Positions 11,964 through 24,459 of a stretch of DNA of 64,000 nucleotides are shown here, piece after piece. The DNA comes from Marsupella aquatica (lineage: Eukaryota; Plantae; Marchantiophyta). The stretch spans positions 6,729,708-6,793,707 of the forward strand of contig OZ316891.1 in the NCBI GenBank assembly GCA_973895155.1. The letters are read 5' to 3'. The notes under the pieces are model-generated. The model did not search any database. It saw nothing but the letters and a program-made list of their open reading frames with translations, and was not told the origin of the DNA. Positions within the stretch are counted from its first letter, which is position 1. Every line of letters begins with the position of its first letter. Made by a program: the position numbers and the translations under genes.

Positions 11964-14900
11964 CTACACAGATTGAGGAATATAGACCTTGCGATTTCCG
12001 AGGGGCTGCACTGGTCGATTGTTTGAACTCTGAAGTTGAAACAGTAACAACAGTCCACAGTTAGCTACAACACCAGAGACAAAATGCACCTTCTGCTACA
12101 ATTGAAATAATTCACACAATCCCAATCAACATGGTTAAGTAATAAGAAGTCCTTTGGATCATGACATTCCATATCTGTCATACATAGGGCTAAAAACTGG
12201 CAAGGATACTTGTTCAATGTCGGCCTAAAAGGGTCAAAACAACGAGACACATGAGATGTGTGACCGAGCAACAATGCCGTGGATTCAGAGGCATCTACAT
12301 ACCGGAAGTAGAGACAACAAGTGTGTTATCTGCTCCTCAGATATTTCGTAGACCTGTCAAGACATTTAGCATCATGAATTCGATCCTCTCAGACTATGCT
12401 CTCCAACTACCCAACCTTGACCTCTACTTAGCAGCTGTTGCACACTAAGTCTGCAGGTTAGCGGATACTACAATTGACGACCACAATCCACAACTTTCTG
12501 ACAAAATGCGACTGCACATCCTCCAGAGCCTGTAATAAAATCCTGACTGGAAATCCAAAGAGATTAATATCAATTGCATTGTCCTACAACCGCTGAAAAT
12601 GGCAAAATAGATTGATTCGAATTTTCGCGACATCTTGGGGAGGGCCCAACAGACACCCGCACTCGGGCTCTTCGTGCCGTGTTTAAGAGAGCCGCAAACC
12701 AATAAGCAACTACAATCACATGTCCTCTGCTACAATTACCCCGACTTTGATGCATCACACAAGTTTTACAGAGAAACATAATAATATTGAAACAGGCCAT
12801 GCCAAGGTGAAAATCGTTACTGTGCTCAAAATGGTCCAAACAACGTTCTCCTGGCAGTCTGGTGTTGTGAGAGATCCTTTATAGCGATAATATTTGCTGA
12901 AATTCACCCTGAAACCATCAGGGCTGATGACTCCAACGGGATTTGGCTTGCCTATGTCCTCCAAAGTGGGAATAAGATGCCAAAACTGCAGAACAGTGAA
13001 CCTTGTCAGTAACGCAATCGTATTGCTCTCAAAATTGTATGTAGACGAGGTCTTGAACTAACATGAATGATACACTAGATAGTCCTTTGAAAATAGTGTT
13101 GAGAAAGTAGACACCCTCAAGTTGCCTCCACAATTGTAAGATTGCAAAGAACGTACACAGTGAGAAAGACACACTACGACTACTGCGTTCACGTCACAGA
13201 AAATGTTTTAGAAGCATTAGCCCCTTTCTCAGAACTTAAAACTCAAAAATGAAAATATTCAATCCTGTGTTGGAAGATTTGAAAAAGTTAGAGTAAGACC
13301 AAGGCCCATAGACAGCTTAAGATGCGTTTCTCAGAATAAATTCAATCGCCCGCAGATTAAAAATGATGCAAATGCTCGAAACTCGGGACCCACCTCCTCT
13401 GCCCACCAGTTGGTGGGTCCATAATCTGAGAGAACTACCACAATGGCATAATCCCCATCTTCATTCACATGCACTAATTGCATCTCCAGGGGTAAACTGC
13501 CATTTAAACAGTGGAAATGAGTCAGAATAGAACTCAACTCGTGAAAGCAATACATGTAAGCCAGAAAAGCGGAACCTTTCACGGAGGCTCAAACACTAGA
13601 GTATGACCCAAAAAAATGCGCCGTCCTTGGACAAGAATATTTGTGTTTCACTGCCTGGTTGGTCTACATCAAACCCAAGAAACTTCACCGAGTATCATGG
13701 TTCACCGCAAAGACGACTCCTCCTTCTCACATAAGCCTCACTATCACACAAGACTTCAGAATGGCTTCACAAGAGACTTTCAAACCTTTTTCCATCAATT
13801 GTGTGCTCACTAGGAGTATGAAATTCGAAGTGTGTCAATTTGTAGTTTTTCCCCTCAACAGAAAGGGTCCCAGCTGGCCATTTGATCTGCATGCAAAGAT
13901 GAAGTCCTTCAAATGATTGGCGATACAACAGTTCACATCTTGAAGACGGTTGCCTATTCTGATATGTCTACACACGAAATCTCACTAAAACTAGAACATA
14001 ACTACATCTATAGTCACTTTTCACTATTTGCCTTTCTGATTGGAAGATGTTCTCTTTTCTGGGCATTAATGGTATTCACAAACATTTCCAAGTCTTCAAG
14101 CAAAACCTGGACATTTCCTGCCAAGTAATTTCAAAGGTTAATTTGCGAATCTGGAGGTTCTTCATGAGACAGAAGAGAACACACGATTTGACATGGGGTC
14201 TAAACCTGAATAGAGTGTCCAGTGTTGACAGCGTGAGCTTCAGTGTCGTGGTAATCATGGACTGCCGGAACGTCAAGCTGCTTATCGTACTTGAGTTTTC
14301 CCGTATCGATATCAATCGGTGATTGAGATTGCCCTGCACTGCAGATTTTCCAGCTCGGTGAAAGTTCGCTCCAATGAGAAGGTCCAAAGGGGCCGTCAGT
14401 GTAGTCCCAGTAGAGACCTGGTACACCCACATCATCAGTTAATCTCCCTCCACCTAAAGCACTACTCAAACTTAATGCCAGCGTTGCTGTACTGTAGTTG
14501 AAATCGATACAAGTACTTGGCACGGGGACCTCGGAGTACAAAGGGCAGAACGCTTTCCCCATCCGAAAACGGATCCATGCAGAGGACACATTCCTGGAGT
14601 AACCACCAAGGATCCCAATGGACACGGAACCCGAGGCTACCAAGAAGATATGCTCAGGTACTGTAGACGCAGTGCTTTACAAGGCCTAACAGAACTACGT
14701 GAAGTTACCGAACATATCCAATCAATGAATTGAGCTGCCCAACTTCTCCTTTGACACACTAGTGCTCACCTTCCTCTTCTGCGTTGTCCACCACAGTCCT
14801 CAACAACCCCTCCTGAAATCAAAATCCAGCGAGGGTTACCGTCGAGGAAATTAAAACACTGCATGAAAACCAGGCCACAAATGGCACCGTCTAAGAGTAT

Positions 14901-15084
14901 GGCTGAATAGTCGTCCAGCTGTTGACATTTAGAAATTATACCCGGCAATCCAACAGTCGCCAAACCGAGACACAGTCACACTTTCAAGGATGGTACGGTT
15001 GTTCACCTTAACGGCAGCTGCGTGAGTACTTGACGCCAATGACACGAAGGAAAGGACGACTAATAAGAATCCTTGAAGCGACAT
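11964..15084 (-). CDS. Alpha-carbonic anhydrase-like secreted protein (284 aa), probably acatalytic
   Basis: Exons 15084-15007, 14812-14770, 14453-14206, 13886-13786, 13496-13394, 12985-12821, 12353-12303, 12029-11964, all GT-AG and in phase (855 nt). N-terminal signal peptide. Motifs GPSHW, QSPIDI, NTGHSIQ, PSEHTIDG, YYRYKGSLTTPDC, NNRPVQPL. Confidence 0.92.
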
Positions 15085-15972
15085 CTTGGTCTTCACTTCA
15101 GCACCACCCTGGCACCCTGCGTCGAGTCGCAAGCTACATCGTCAGAGAGATCCGAGCAAAGACATCGACTGCTAGGTTCATGATGTAGACAAGAGGAAAA
15201 AAAAGGACCTCCCTCGTGACTCGTAAACAGACCCTTCCCATGACAATGAGGCATTGTATTCCAGAGGAATCAGGCCCAGTGATGCATTTGAGGCAGACCG
15301 CCGAACAATAGTCAGATTAGAAACCCATCCAACCGCAAGCAAATCGGGTTCAGCATTCCAAACGAGCAATGAAATGATTCATCCCCTCGGTACGAACTAA
15401 ACCACAGGCGAAATCGATCATCCGTCGTGCTCGTTGCTCGAGAAATGGAAAACGAAATTCGATTAAACTCAAGCTACAGAGCATCGTTCTGGCCCTCATC
15501 ACCATTTCCGAACCATTTGAAATTCTCACCTTCTATAGGAACCAGCTCGTGAACTATGGCAGCAAAAACTACCGAGCACTCATCGACGATTCGGCGTGGT
15601 GGCAAAACAGGGGAAGGAGCTGAAGAATTATACTCTGCAAGGCCCAATTCTCTGCCTTCAAGACATCAAAACATTAAGCTCTAGAGACAGAGCGGAGACG
15701 GTGAACTGTGTCCAATAGTAAATGAGAAGACGAGCATCTCGAGCATAATTATTGTTGTCGCTTCTCGAGGACTGGACTGGATGGATGGAGATGGAGTCCT
15801 CGGGGGTCCAGACTCCACGGGAGATACTCAGTCGTCTCTTAATCGGAACGGGTCAAAAATGTCAAATTTCCTTCATGCATCGCACTTTATCGGCAACACT
15901 TTATTGGCAAAGGAGGACTTTTGGCCATAGCTTTTTCAGAAGGTTGTTTAAAAGTTTTGTTTTTCCATTACT

Positions 15973-16295
15973 CTTTACTTATGGTCATGTCACCAGTCTT
16001 TAAGGCTAAAAGTTATTGATTATGAATTTGGTAGCTAAGAATTGTTCTTTTGTCCTGACTTAATGACTTATGGTCATGTCAAAAGTCTTTATGGCCAAAA
16101 GTTATAGATTATGAATTTGATAGTTAATAATTTTTCTTTTGTCCTTACTTATGGTCATGTCACCACTCTTTATGGCTAAAAGTTATGGATTATGAATTTT
16201 GGTAGTTAATAATTTTTCTTTTGTGCTTGCTTATGGTCTGTCACCAGTCTTTATGGCTGAAGGATTATGAATTGGGTAGTTAATAATTTGTCTTG
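15973..16295. repeat. Degenerate tandem repeat, about 4 units of 80-90 bp
   Basis: The unit ttacttatggtcatgtcaccagtctttatggctaaaagttat.gattatgaatttggtagttaataattt.tcttttgtcc recurs. Confidence 0.85.
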
Positions 16296-16317
16296 TTTTT
16301 AATCTTAACTACTAAGT

Positions 16318-16407
16318 TAAGGTCCATCAATTTTGAGGTTTGAGACCCCCTAGTTGTGAACATAAGGTCCATCAATTTTGAGGTTTGAGACCCCCTATTT
16401 GTGAACA
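16318..16407. repeat. 45-bp tandem duplication
   Basis: taaggtccatcaattttgaggtttgagaccccta.ttgtgaaca-type unit occurs twice in tandem. Confidence 0.85.
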
Positions 16408-17211
16408 TGGGAGATTAGGGGCAATGTTACAAGGTCTAATGAAAAGTGTACCTGACCATTTCCCTTTAACTCCTAGGGGACATTTCACACAATCTTACAA
16501 GGTCTATTGAAAAGTTTACCTCACCATTTCCCTTGCACAGATTCTTAGGGGACATTACAACTCAACCAGCAGTTTTCCCTGGCTACCACCAGGGAATTTC
16601 CCTATTGTTGGGGAGGGGGAGTGCATAGGAGGACAGGGAGAGTGTGAGGGTGCAGGCATGGGCAACTAGGATGTTGCAGGGTCCAGGAACACGGGCCGGC
16701 ACAGTGCTGCGACCCTATGTGGAGGGAGGACATCACCCCGCCAAGGGGTAAGATGAGTGGTGAATTGAACCAGGCAAAGAGCACCAGGAGTAGAGCCCAC
16801 AAGTGGAATCATGCTATTTACCTCTTAAGCGACAATACAGATAGGTGCTAAAATGACCTTAAGCAAGATGTTATCAGTAATCCCACTGGAGATGGAGGTT
16901 TGCAATTTACAGTGGGAAGTAGGGGTTTAAATTTACTATGCAAGACAGTACAATGGACCGTGCATAGTGCAAGCTGACCAAATAGTGCCCTAATATTACA
17001 GGATTCCCAGTTGATTTCAATTCCTTTGTAAATGCACCCCAAAATGCAGTCTTTATCAGTGCATGTCAACCCTGGCTAAATGATAGAATAACAGCACTTA
17101 TGGACAAATACATAGGTGCATTATTTTTTTCTACCTATTTGTCTATAAGTGTACATAAGCATTTCTAGGTTATAATTACAAAGCACAGTGCCCATAGAGG
17201 CATGATTTTGT

Positions 17212-17327
17212 GATAGCTCACTTGAGTAGAGATTGATAGGTCTTGGGTTCAACTATTTTGGCAAACTCTTCCCTTTCTTGGGGTTTCACAGATTTCTCAT
17301 TCAAAATAATTAATAAAATAATAAACA
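17212..17327 (+). mobile_element. Possible tRNA-derived SINE remnant
   Basis: A-box-like TAGCTCACTTGAGTAGAG, B-box-like GGGTTCAACT, and an A-rich tail (aaaataattaataaaataataaa). All degenerate. Confidence 0.25.
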
Positions 17328-18390
17328 TATAGAATAAGCATTTATTGATAGGTGCAACAAACAATTACATAAAGTAGTTTCATGCATTTAATTATCCTCT
17401 TGAATCAATATCAGGGCTTGAGGTATGAGGAGTCCTATGTCTAAGCCTGACAACACAAAAAGAAATGCATACTCTATTTCCATTGCACTTATTAAATAGT
17501 GAAGACTGTGCACGTAATTATGGAGATGCTCATAAATGATATCAAGTGCAATTATAGCATTGTGCATTTGATGGATAAGTGCTGGCTGGTGGTACTCCCT
17601 GGAGCTTGCACTTACTTAGACACGGTTCACCCCGTCAACGGGCCTGGAAACATTGAGGCTCAATCCCTAGGGTAACAAATACAACTACAGTTGTGGCTTA
17701 GACTTTTGGGTTTGTGAGGCCTGTTTGGTCTCATGAGGGTCTTTCGCCCCTATATGAGGTTTTTCCCCTTTGGGAGTCATGCCTCCCTGTTTGGGGCCTT
17801 TGTTCCTGGGGGGTTCACCTTATGAAATAGCTGTATACCATGTGCGAACGTCCTTATTTAACCATTCACTCAAAAAGGAATAGCCCGAGAAATAGGAAGC
17901 TCAAAAAACACACCAATTATTTATTGGCAAGCAATGAATTAATATGTGATGACAAGTGGCACTTTTTGAATTGTTACCCCCTTACTTACTTCCTGGCTAC
18001 TTCTAAACACTACTTCTAAGTACTTCCCTAAAATGAATAAAAGGCCCTGGCTTACTTCCTTAGCACATGATCATGATGTCAACATTTGTGGAAGTGACCC
18101 CCCAACTTTTTTCTTCTGCACTGTGCTATATACTAGGGCTTTTCGATGTAGCTGTTTCCTGGAAACTATGACCCTCAGTGAGTTGGGGCGGTTGGTGCAT
18201 TAGCACAAAGCATTGCTCCGCACGACATGCAATGGGGCCCATTGTAAAATCAATGATGTTTGCTGTTAAATTGCAAGCCTGACCCGAAGCAAAACCCGGG
18301 CATCCAAGGAAAACTTGACCAAAATCCAAGTTTCTGTCATGACCCAAGGCTGCCCAGAAATTCTTGGAAACGTGGAGGTTGGACGCCCTA

Positions 18391-18453
18391 ACTACAGTAG
18401 GTGCCCGAACTACAGTAGGTGCCCGAACTACAGTAGGTGCCCGAACTACAGTA
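18391..18453. repeat. 18-bp minisatellite, 3.5 copies
   Basis: actacagtaggtgcccga repeated. Confidence 0.9.
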
Positions 18454-19766
18454 AGTAGTAACTTGGCAACTAGGGTAGTTCTAGCCTGATGATACAGGCC
18501 ACTTATCCAGCGCGCCTGAACGAGGAGGAGGACCCATGTAGTCACACAGCAATAGACCGTCAGCTGCAGATTGCAACTTCGGCAGATAGACTGGTACAAC
18601 CCTTTTGTGCAAGCCACAGTACTTGGCCATGCTTTGAAGCGCTAGGCAGGTCCTTTCAAGTCTGATAGGTGAGGGCTAGAATGGTTGAGTTTTTATTCCA
18701 CCCATATCATGGACACCAAGTGTTGCCGTCTAGACTCCCGAGCCCATGAACTAGAATGAAATTAGCTCATGACACTGCATTGCACTGTCGTGGACCTTTT
18801 TGCATTTAGACTGTTAGTCGGCCATGCCTGAACTCCGAAGAAGCCGTCCACTCGTAGAGCCACATGATTGCTCTTACTTGACCCGAATGAACTGTTCTTG
18901 TCCGTTGGAAGTAAGTCTCCAAGACCAGTGGCCTCCAATGTGCAGGAGCTCGGAGAACATCCCCAGAGCTCCATGGCTACAGTCTGTAGAGCTTTGAGGA
19001 AGCTCTTCCAGCTCATGCCCGTTTGGAAGCTGTTTCACACAAGAGTGCTACCAGTGCACCGACGTCCTGGACATTGCAAGTCTACAGGTTCATCATGCTC
19101 TGATTTTTTAAGTTGCCTAGCTACTGCCGCACGTCGAGGACACGGAGGGCCAGGTATTTGGGGAAGACCAAGTTTTCTGTGAGCGTTGGGATGATATCTA
19201 GGACCGAGTATCAATCTGTTAGAGTGGTGAAGAACTCACCCTCCGCTTGAACAGTCGGCACTTACTTCTTTTAAGTTATCGTGATACCCTAGACGTTTCG
19301 GGAAAATGAATTAACGGGAGTCTATTAGTAGTCGATCTGATGTACGTCGTCTTAGATCCCCCAGTGAAATCTGCACCAATCTTTCTCACGGGAGGTTACG
19401 TCAATCGCAAGCGATAAGTACAACTCACTCCTTCAGCCATTCATTTATCATACGTACAATCTGAGCAGAAGTCTATCGACATGTAAATGAGTGTCTAATC
19501 AGTTGAAGGATGGACTTGCTGTCAACTACGATATTTCAGCTTGTACTCTTTCTGCATGGAGCTAGACAGCAGGCCAGTCGTCCTTCTACATTTCTTGTGC
19601 AGAGACTTTGTCGCTGTGTAAAGCTCCTGCTCGGCTGCTCAACATGCATCTTTACGTTATCCGTTAATGTGAGTAAAACAATTAGTGGACCACATAGGTT
19701 TCATATTGAGTTAAAGACTTTTCGTCTCGACCTTGTCCCCTAGTACGAACCACTATCCTTAAAATT

Positions 19767-20060
19767 CCGATTCAAGTAGAAAGTAACGGAACTCATGACA
19801 AAGATGAACGCCATTTAAGCTAGTTCTTCACTTGCGGAACCGATTCACGTAGAAAGTAACGGATCAAACTCATGACAAAGATGAACGCCATTTAAGCTAG
19901 TTCTTCACTTGCGGAACCGATTCACGTAGAAAGTAACGGATCGAACTCATGACAAAGATGAACGCCATTTAAGCTAGTTCTTCACTTGCGGAACCGATTC
20001 ACGTAGAAAGTAACAGAACCATGACAAAGATGATCGAACGCCATTTAAGTTAGTTCTTCA
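19767..20060. repeat. Tandem repeat, 4 units, period 73-77 bp
   Basis: Unit ccgattcacgtagaaagtaacggatc.aactcatgacaaagatgaacgccatttaagctagttcttcacttgcggaa starts at 19767, 19840, 19917 and 19994. Confidence 0.95.
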
Positions 20061-22719
20061 GCAGGCGCTAGGTATTAACTAGACCTCCCTCGCATATACG
20101 CTTTACTTCGATCATTCTGCCTGGTTGAAACGATTCATATATCTGAGTCGGCTAGTCGACTGAAGGGTTCCAAGCAATCCCTTTTTTGTCGGGGGTACAT
20201 GAGCTAACCATCACTTGAATAGTATTATAACTGGAGTCTCTAATTTGTATTCGAAAACTAACACCATAAATCGTTATGAATCTCTAAGACACTGGCTCCA
20301 AATGCGACGTACGTATGTCATACGAGTTCGTCTGTCCTTTGGGAGCCTAGCTAGTATGCTTGTAGTCACAACTGCACCTGTGATGCACAGAACTGGACGC
20401 GCTCGATCCCTAACCTGTCATTGAATCCTTCTGCCTACATTATATATATCGGGGAAAGGAAGTTCTGCTTAGCGCACAATCAACAGTACACTGCACGTAG
20501 AGTACATGCCTTCGTTTTCATTTTTGAGGCAAGAGGTACGCGGGCAACGAAGACTTGATTGGGGATCGAAGGGAGTTGAGAACGCTCAAAGAGAGGCCGC
20601 TCCTTCTTTCCAAGATGACTTCCTGGCCTCTAAGGACCTGCAGCCCAGGCTGTCTTCTCCCATCTGATCGCTCTGTCCAGTAGATATATATGGTTGGGCG
20701 AGAGAGGCAAATGCGAAACGCACCAAAGGCCCGTTGCTGCCAGATGCCCGCTACATGGAAAAGAGAGAAGGGGAAGAAACATCGAGCAATTTCTTCAAAC
20801 CCTGCAACATGAAGACTGCACATCGCAGGAGCGCTTTGGGCTAGCTAGTAGTTTTGCCTAACAAAACGGGAGGTAGTGGAGTAGTTCCAACAGGGTTAAT
20901 TTAGTGTCGAGATGTTTCTTCCCAGTGAGTTCTCTCTTGTCCTAGCCTGTTTCATTCAGCAACCTCGTGACTTGCTACCGCCTAAACAATGACCCCGGCC
21001 CTCAGGGTCCGAGTGATCACTGGTCATGACCAGTGATTGTACTACCGACAGAGGGATGGAAGGGAGAATTGTAGAAGGGGGTGGCAGGTCCTGGGGCCAG
21101 GAAGCCCCTTTCAAAAGAATAGGTACGTCTAGCTGGGAGCATTTCTCATTTTCGGCCCTATAAAGGCTTGCTGGATAAGTGCCGAGGGAACAAGCAGAAT
21201 ATGCTCGTTGCTAGTATTAAGCACACCAAAAACACGTAGCTTTTTTTAAGTGTCACATGCCAATAATTTTGAACCAAATACTAAAATGCTGACCCCATCC
21301 TCTGGCTGTTGGAAGCAGAATTGAAAGATCACGGCTGCTTCGATAATGGTTATGATGCAGGTACCGTTCATTCGATAATTTTACCGTAAAATGTAGAATC
21401 TACTTTCCTTCACGTACTAGAGCTTGCTGGATTTCTTCACAAGTTCAGTTGTGACCGACCGTTATTTCTCTAGTGGAAAGTTGTTGCAGCGCAGACGAGG
21501 TTTACAAAGTCAAGTCTAGGGGTTGCTACGTCTCTGTTGGGCGGCGTGACTGGATATGAAAAATCAAATTTAGAACATTGTTGAATTGAGAGAGAAGGCT
21601 TAAATAAGGAAAAGGGAGGATTCCTTCTTCTTTATGGGCCATTGAGAGTTTCTCCTCGATCGATCATCGTCTCCATAACACTTTGATCACGATCATTGCT
21701 CTCAAGTGGGCCGAGGTTAGACTAGGACTACTGTCCACACTTCTGTTATAGGACTTCTGTTGAGCAAAGAGTGTTAAACGAATCTGTTGAACCAGGAGGG
21801 TTGCCAAACCTCCTGTTGAAGACGACCTTAAGGCATGCGCTTATGCTTCTTTATTTCAATCAGAGCAAATAGATCACTTAAACATATTTCAGAAAGTTAT
21901 TGGCCAACAACAACTTATTGTCCAAGAAGATATCTACTGTGCCAAGTATGTGCCATGAAATCACGTCACACATGTGTACACGCTGTCTTGTAACATCTGT
22001 AGGCGCTACATCACGCGCCAGATGCACATAATATCATACCATTCTGCTATAAGTCTTATATATAATGCTCAAATATAACTGCCACACATCTGCCCGACCA
22101 TTGTTCCGACTGTACGGTAGGACTGCATGTATGATTGTTAACTGGTGGTGCTGCTTGGCTGCGACAAACACTACTCGTACACCTTTGAACGTCATATCTA
22201 TCATACGTGGAACCTAAACCATTTAAATAGAAACTGGATCTGTCGGTTCTCTTCACATTTTAGCGCATCTTGCATCCTGTTACACCGCAAATGCGGCCTG
22301 CAAGATTCATTTGCCATATGTGATACCCGAGCCTAACCTGCAGATGCAAGGAAAGAAATGCAACCAAACAAAGCTTCTCATGAACGCTGAATCACCTATG
22401 GTTGAGAAGGACTGTCCCGGATATGTTCGCATATTCTGATACAAATACACACCTGTAGACGTAGATGTACACCCAAGTGTATACCGGGAGCTAGTGCATA
22501 AAGTGAGCTTGATGAAGAAATTCTTATGGACTCGATCACCACATGCATGCTTGCAAAGGACGAGAACCGGCCATGTACACAGACTCAATTGTAATCATTA
22601 CACTAAGAAGAAGAAACTATCTGGAATTCGGAGTCACATTCACCAAAATGCGTTCAAACTCAAGATCAGGACGACATCATGAATGGCCGGACTATGGTAT
22701 GGTCAGTTAGCAAACAGAT

Positions 22720-23055
22720 TTAGAGACTACATGATTGAGCAGCACAATCATGGCTCCTGCACTGAAAACTAGCCTTCCTGGACGCACAGGGTGTCACTAC
22801 TTTCGATGCAGCGCTGAAAAGAGAGGCAGTTCCGAGGTGCAGAAGAGGAACAAGCAATAGGAAAGTTGGGGCAGTCCCGGCGAACATGATACCAGCGAAC
22901 ATCACCAGAGCAGTCCATGCTATAGCCATTGCAGAGACGACGAAATCGAATAGCACCTTAAGCACATAAGTCATCCAATCCGTTCTGTTGGATTCCACAT
23001 CGTCCTGTCTAAGGTTCAAACTACCACCATTTAGACGGCTAACCAAGGTGGGCAT
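22720..23055 (-). CDS. Putative small hydrophobic protein (111 aa) with a long hydrophobic stretch; loosely oleosin-like
   Basis: The ATG at 23055 opens MPTLVSRL...YVLKVLFDFVVSAMAIAWTALVMFAGIMFAGTAPTFLLLVPLLHLGTASLFSAA. About 54 mostly hydrophobic residues with a P-x6-P spacing as in the oleosin knot, but lacking its Ser and third Pro. Confidence 0.4.
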   Translation of the reverse strand: MPTLVSRLNGGSLNLRQDDVESNRTDWMTYVLKVLFDFVVSAMAIAWTALVMFAGIMFAGTAPTFLLLVPLLHLGTASLFSAASKVVTPCASRKASFQCRSHDCAAQSCSL

Positions 23056-23125
23056 GTCCGTCCTTGACAATTGTAGAAAAAATAGGGTAAGTGAAATGAA
23101 ACAACCGAACCCGGTCGATCCAGAG

Positions 23126-23503
23126 TCAGCATCCAGCAACGCGCATGACTTCTCTCTTCGTGTCGTCTTGGCGGGCATGGATTTCACGCTGGCCCTTCTT
23201 GAGGTCACAGATGCTCTCCTTCATCACGTTCTCGCGCTGCATGATCTCCGCATGCTGAGCTCGGAGCTCCTTCATCTCAGCGCGAAGCCCGTGCAGCTCC
23301 TTGATGAGGTTGTTCTCTCGTACGACGATATTCTGGTGGCCCTCACGGAGGTGGTCAAGCTCCCGCTCGAGATTGGGATGGATCAGCAAATTGCGTTGTA
23401 GCGCATCCACCACCTGCCCCAAGTCCCGCAGATCCCTCGACAAATCTGCCACGGACGCCGACCCGGCTGAACTGAACGCCAGCGTCTGATGAGATGCCAT
23501 CAC
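23126..23503 (-). CDS. Small coiled-coil protein A (125 aa), unknown function
   Basis: GC-rich intronless ORF with heptad periodicity. It aligns without gaps to the ORF at 26797-27132 (45/109 identical by hand count). Confidence 0.8.
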   Translation of the reverse strand: MMASHQTLAFSSAGSASVADLSRDLRDLGQVVDALQRNLLIHPNLERELDHLREGHQNIVVRENNLIKELHGLRAEMKELRAQHAEIMQRENVMKESICDLKKGQREIHARQDDTKREVMRVAGC

Positions 23504-24220
23504 TCGCTCGTACTAATTCGTCTTCTGTCCTCAAAAATTATTAACGTTCACTTCGAAGAACGTGATTGAACCAAATTCCTTCAACTACAGCACGAATTCA
23601 TGCACAATCGACGATGTCTCGGCTCAGAGGTGGCTGACGGCGGCTCAAGAAAATATAATGGAAAAGTGGGAATCAATGTCTCGATCAGAAACCTCGATCA
23701 GAAACCTCGATTGGCATCGAGATGATCAACACGTGACCTGTGACCGGCCATATCTTCCAATAAAGGTCTGGGTAACCGTCGTCGAGAGGGTGTGTCCCGT
23801 CATGAAGAGGCGTGGCACTACTTTCGATCAGTAAAGCACCGGTTTTGAAATTATCTCCTCCACTTCGCTGATTGCAACGATTCGGGATATTAGAACGTTT
23901 AACAGAGCGTTACAGTCGGCTCTCTCCAAGTGCATACTTCATAAGTGTGCATAACTGGCTAAGTAAAGGCATCCGGTTCGTTTTTTAATTAAACCACCAC
24001 TGTCCAACACTTTAGGGGAGTACAAAATTGAGCACTTTTTACTTTTTCGAGCCCATTTTGGAATTACTATTAGTAACCTGGATCCACCAGGTTTTTCTTA
24101 GGGACAGTGGCGCAAGAAGGCCTGGAATCATGTCCCTACTTGTCAACTTGTAAGTGGAAAACCTTCAATAAGTGCATTTTCTACTCTATCAAGAAAGGTT
24201 GTGCACTTATCAGAGAACGC

Positions 24221-24255
24221 AGAATCCCTTGCATGTCATGCAGGGGATTCGTAGT
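24221..24255 (+). other. Hairpin followed by GTAG-T; possible Helitron 3' end
   Basis: GAATCCCTTGCATG-T-CATGCAGGGGATTC stem immediately followed by gtagt (the canonical end is CTRR-T). Confidence 0.3.
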
Positions 24256-24459
24256 ATGTTTTAATTAATAGAGAATCTTAAACCTTGAAATTGTCGGAGT
24301 CTCAAACCTTGGAATTGTCAGGAAAAAAAATGCTTGAAACTACTGTACCATTTTAGGTCACGGGTCAAGAGTGTGTCAGCAAGCAGCTTTGTGTGTATCA
24401 ACTTAAATTTAGATAAATATTTTATTATTTGCCTTGAAGAGTATTTTTGGGGAATTTGT

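Noticed and set aside
18126-18617. 163-aa ORF with (VVRAPT)n repeat
   Set aside because: The repeat is just the translation of the 18-bp minisatellite. No recognisable domain.
18480-19182. Possible decayed multi-exon gene on the + strand
   Set aside because: Some splice-like sites and coding-like composition, but there are stops in every frame and no recognisable family.
19767-20060. CRISPR-like array
   Set aside because: The units are near-identical over their whole length with no unique spacers, there are no cas genes, and the context is eukaryotic. It is a plain tandem repeat.
22988-23401. 137-aa + strand ORF (and 26769-27248 on the - strand)
   Set aside because: These are antisense shadows of the GC-rich coiled-coil genes.
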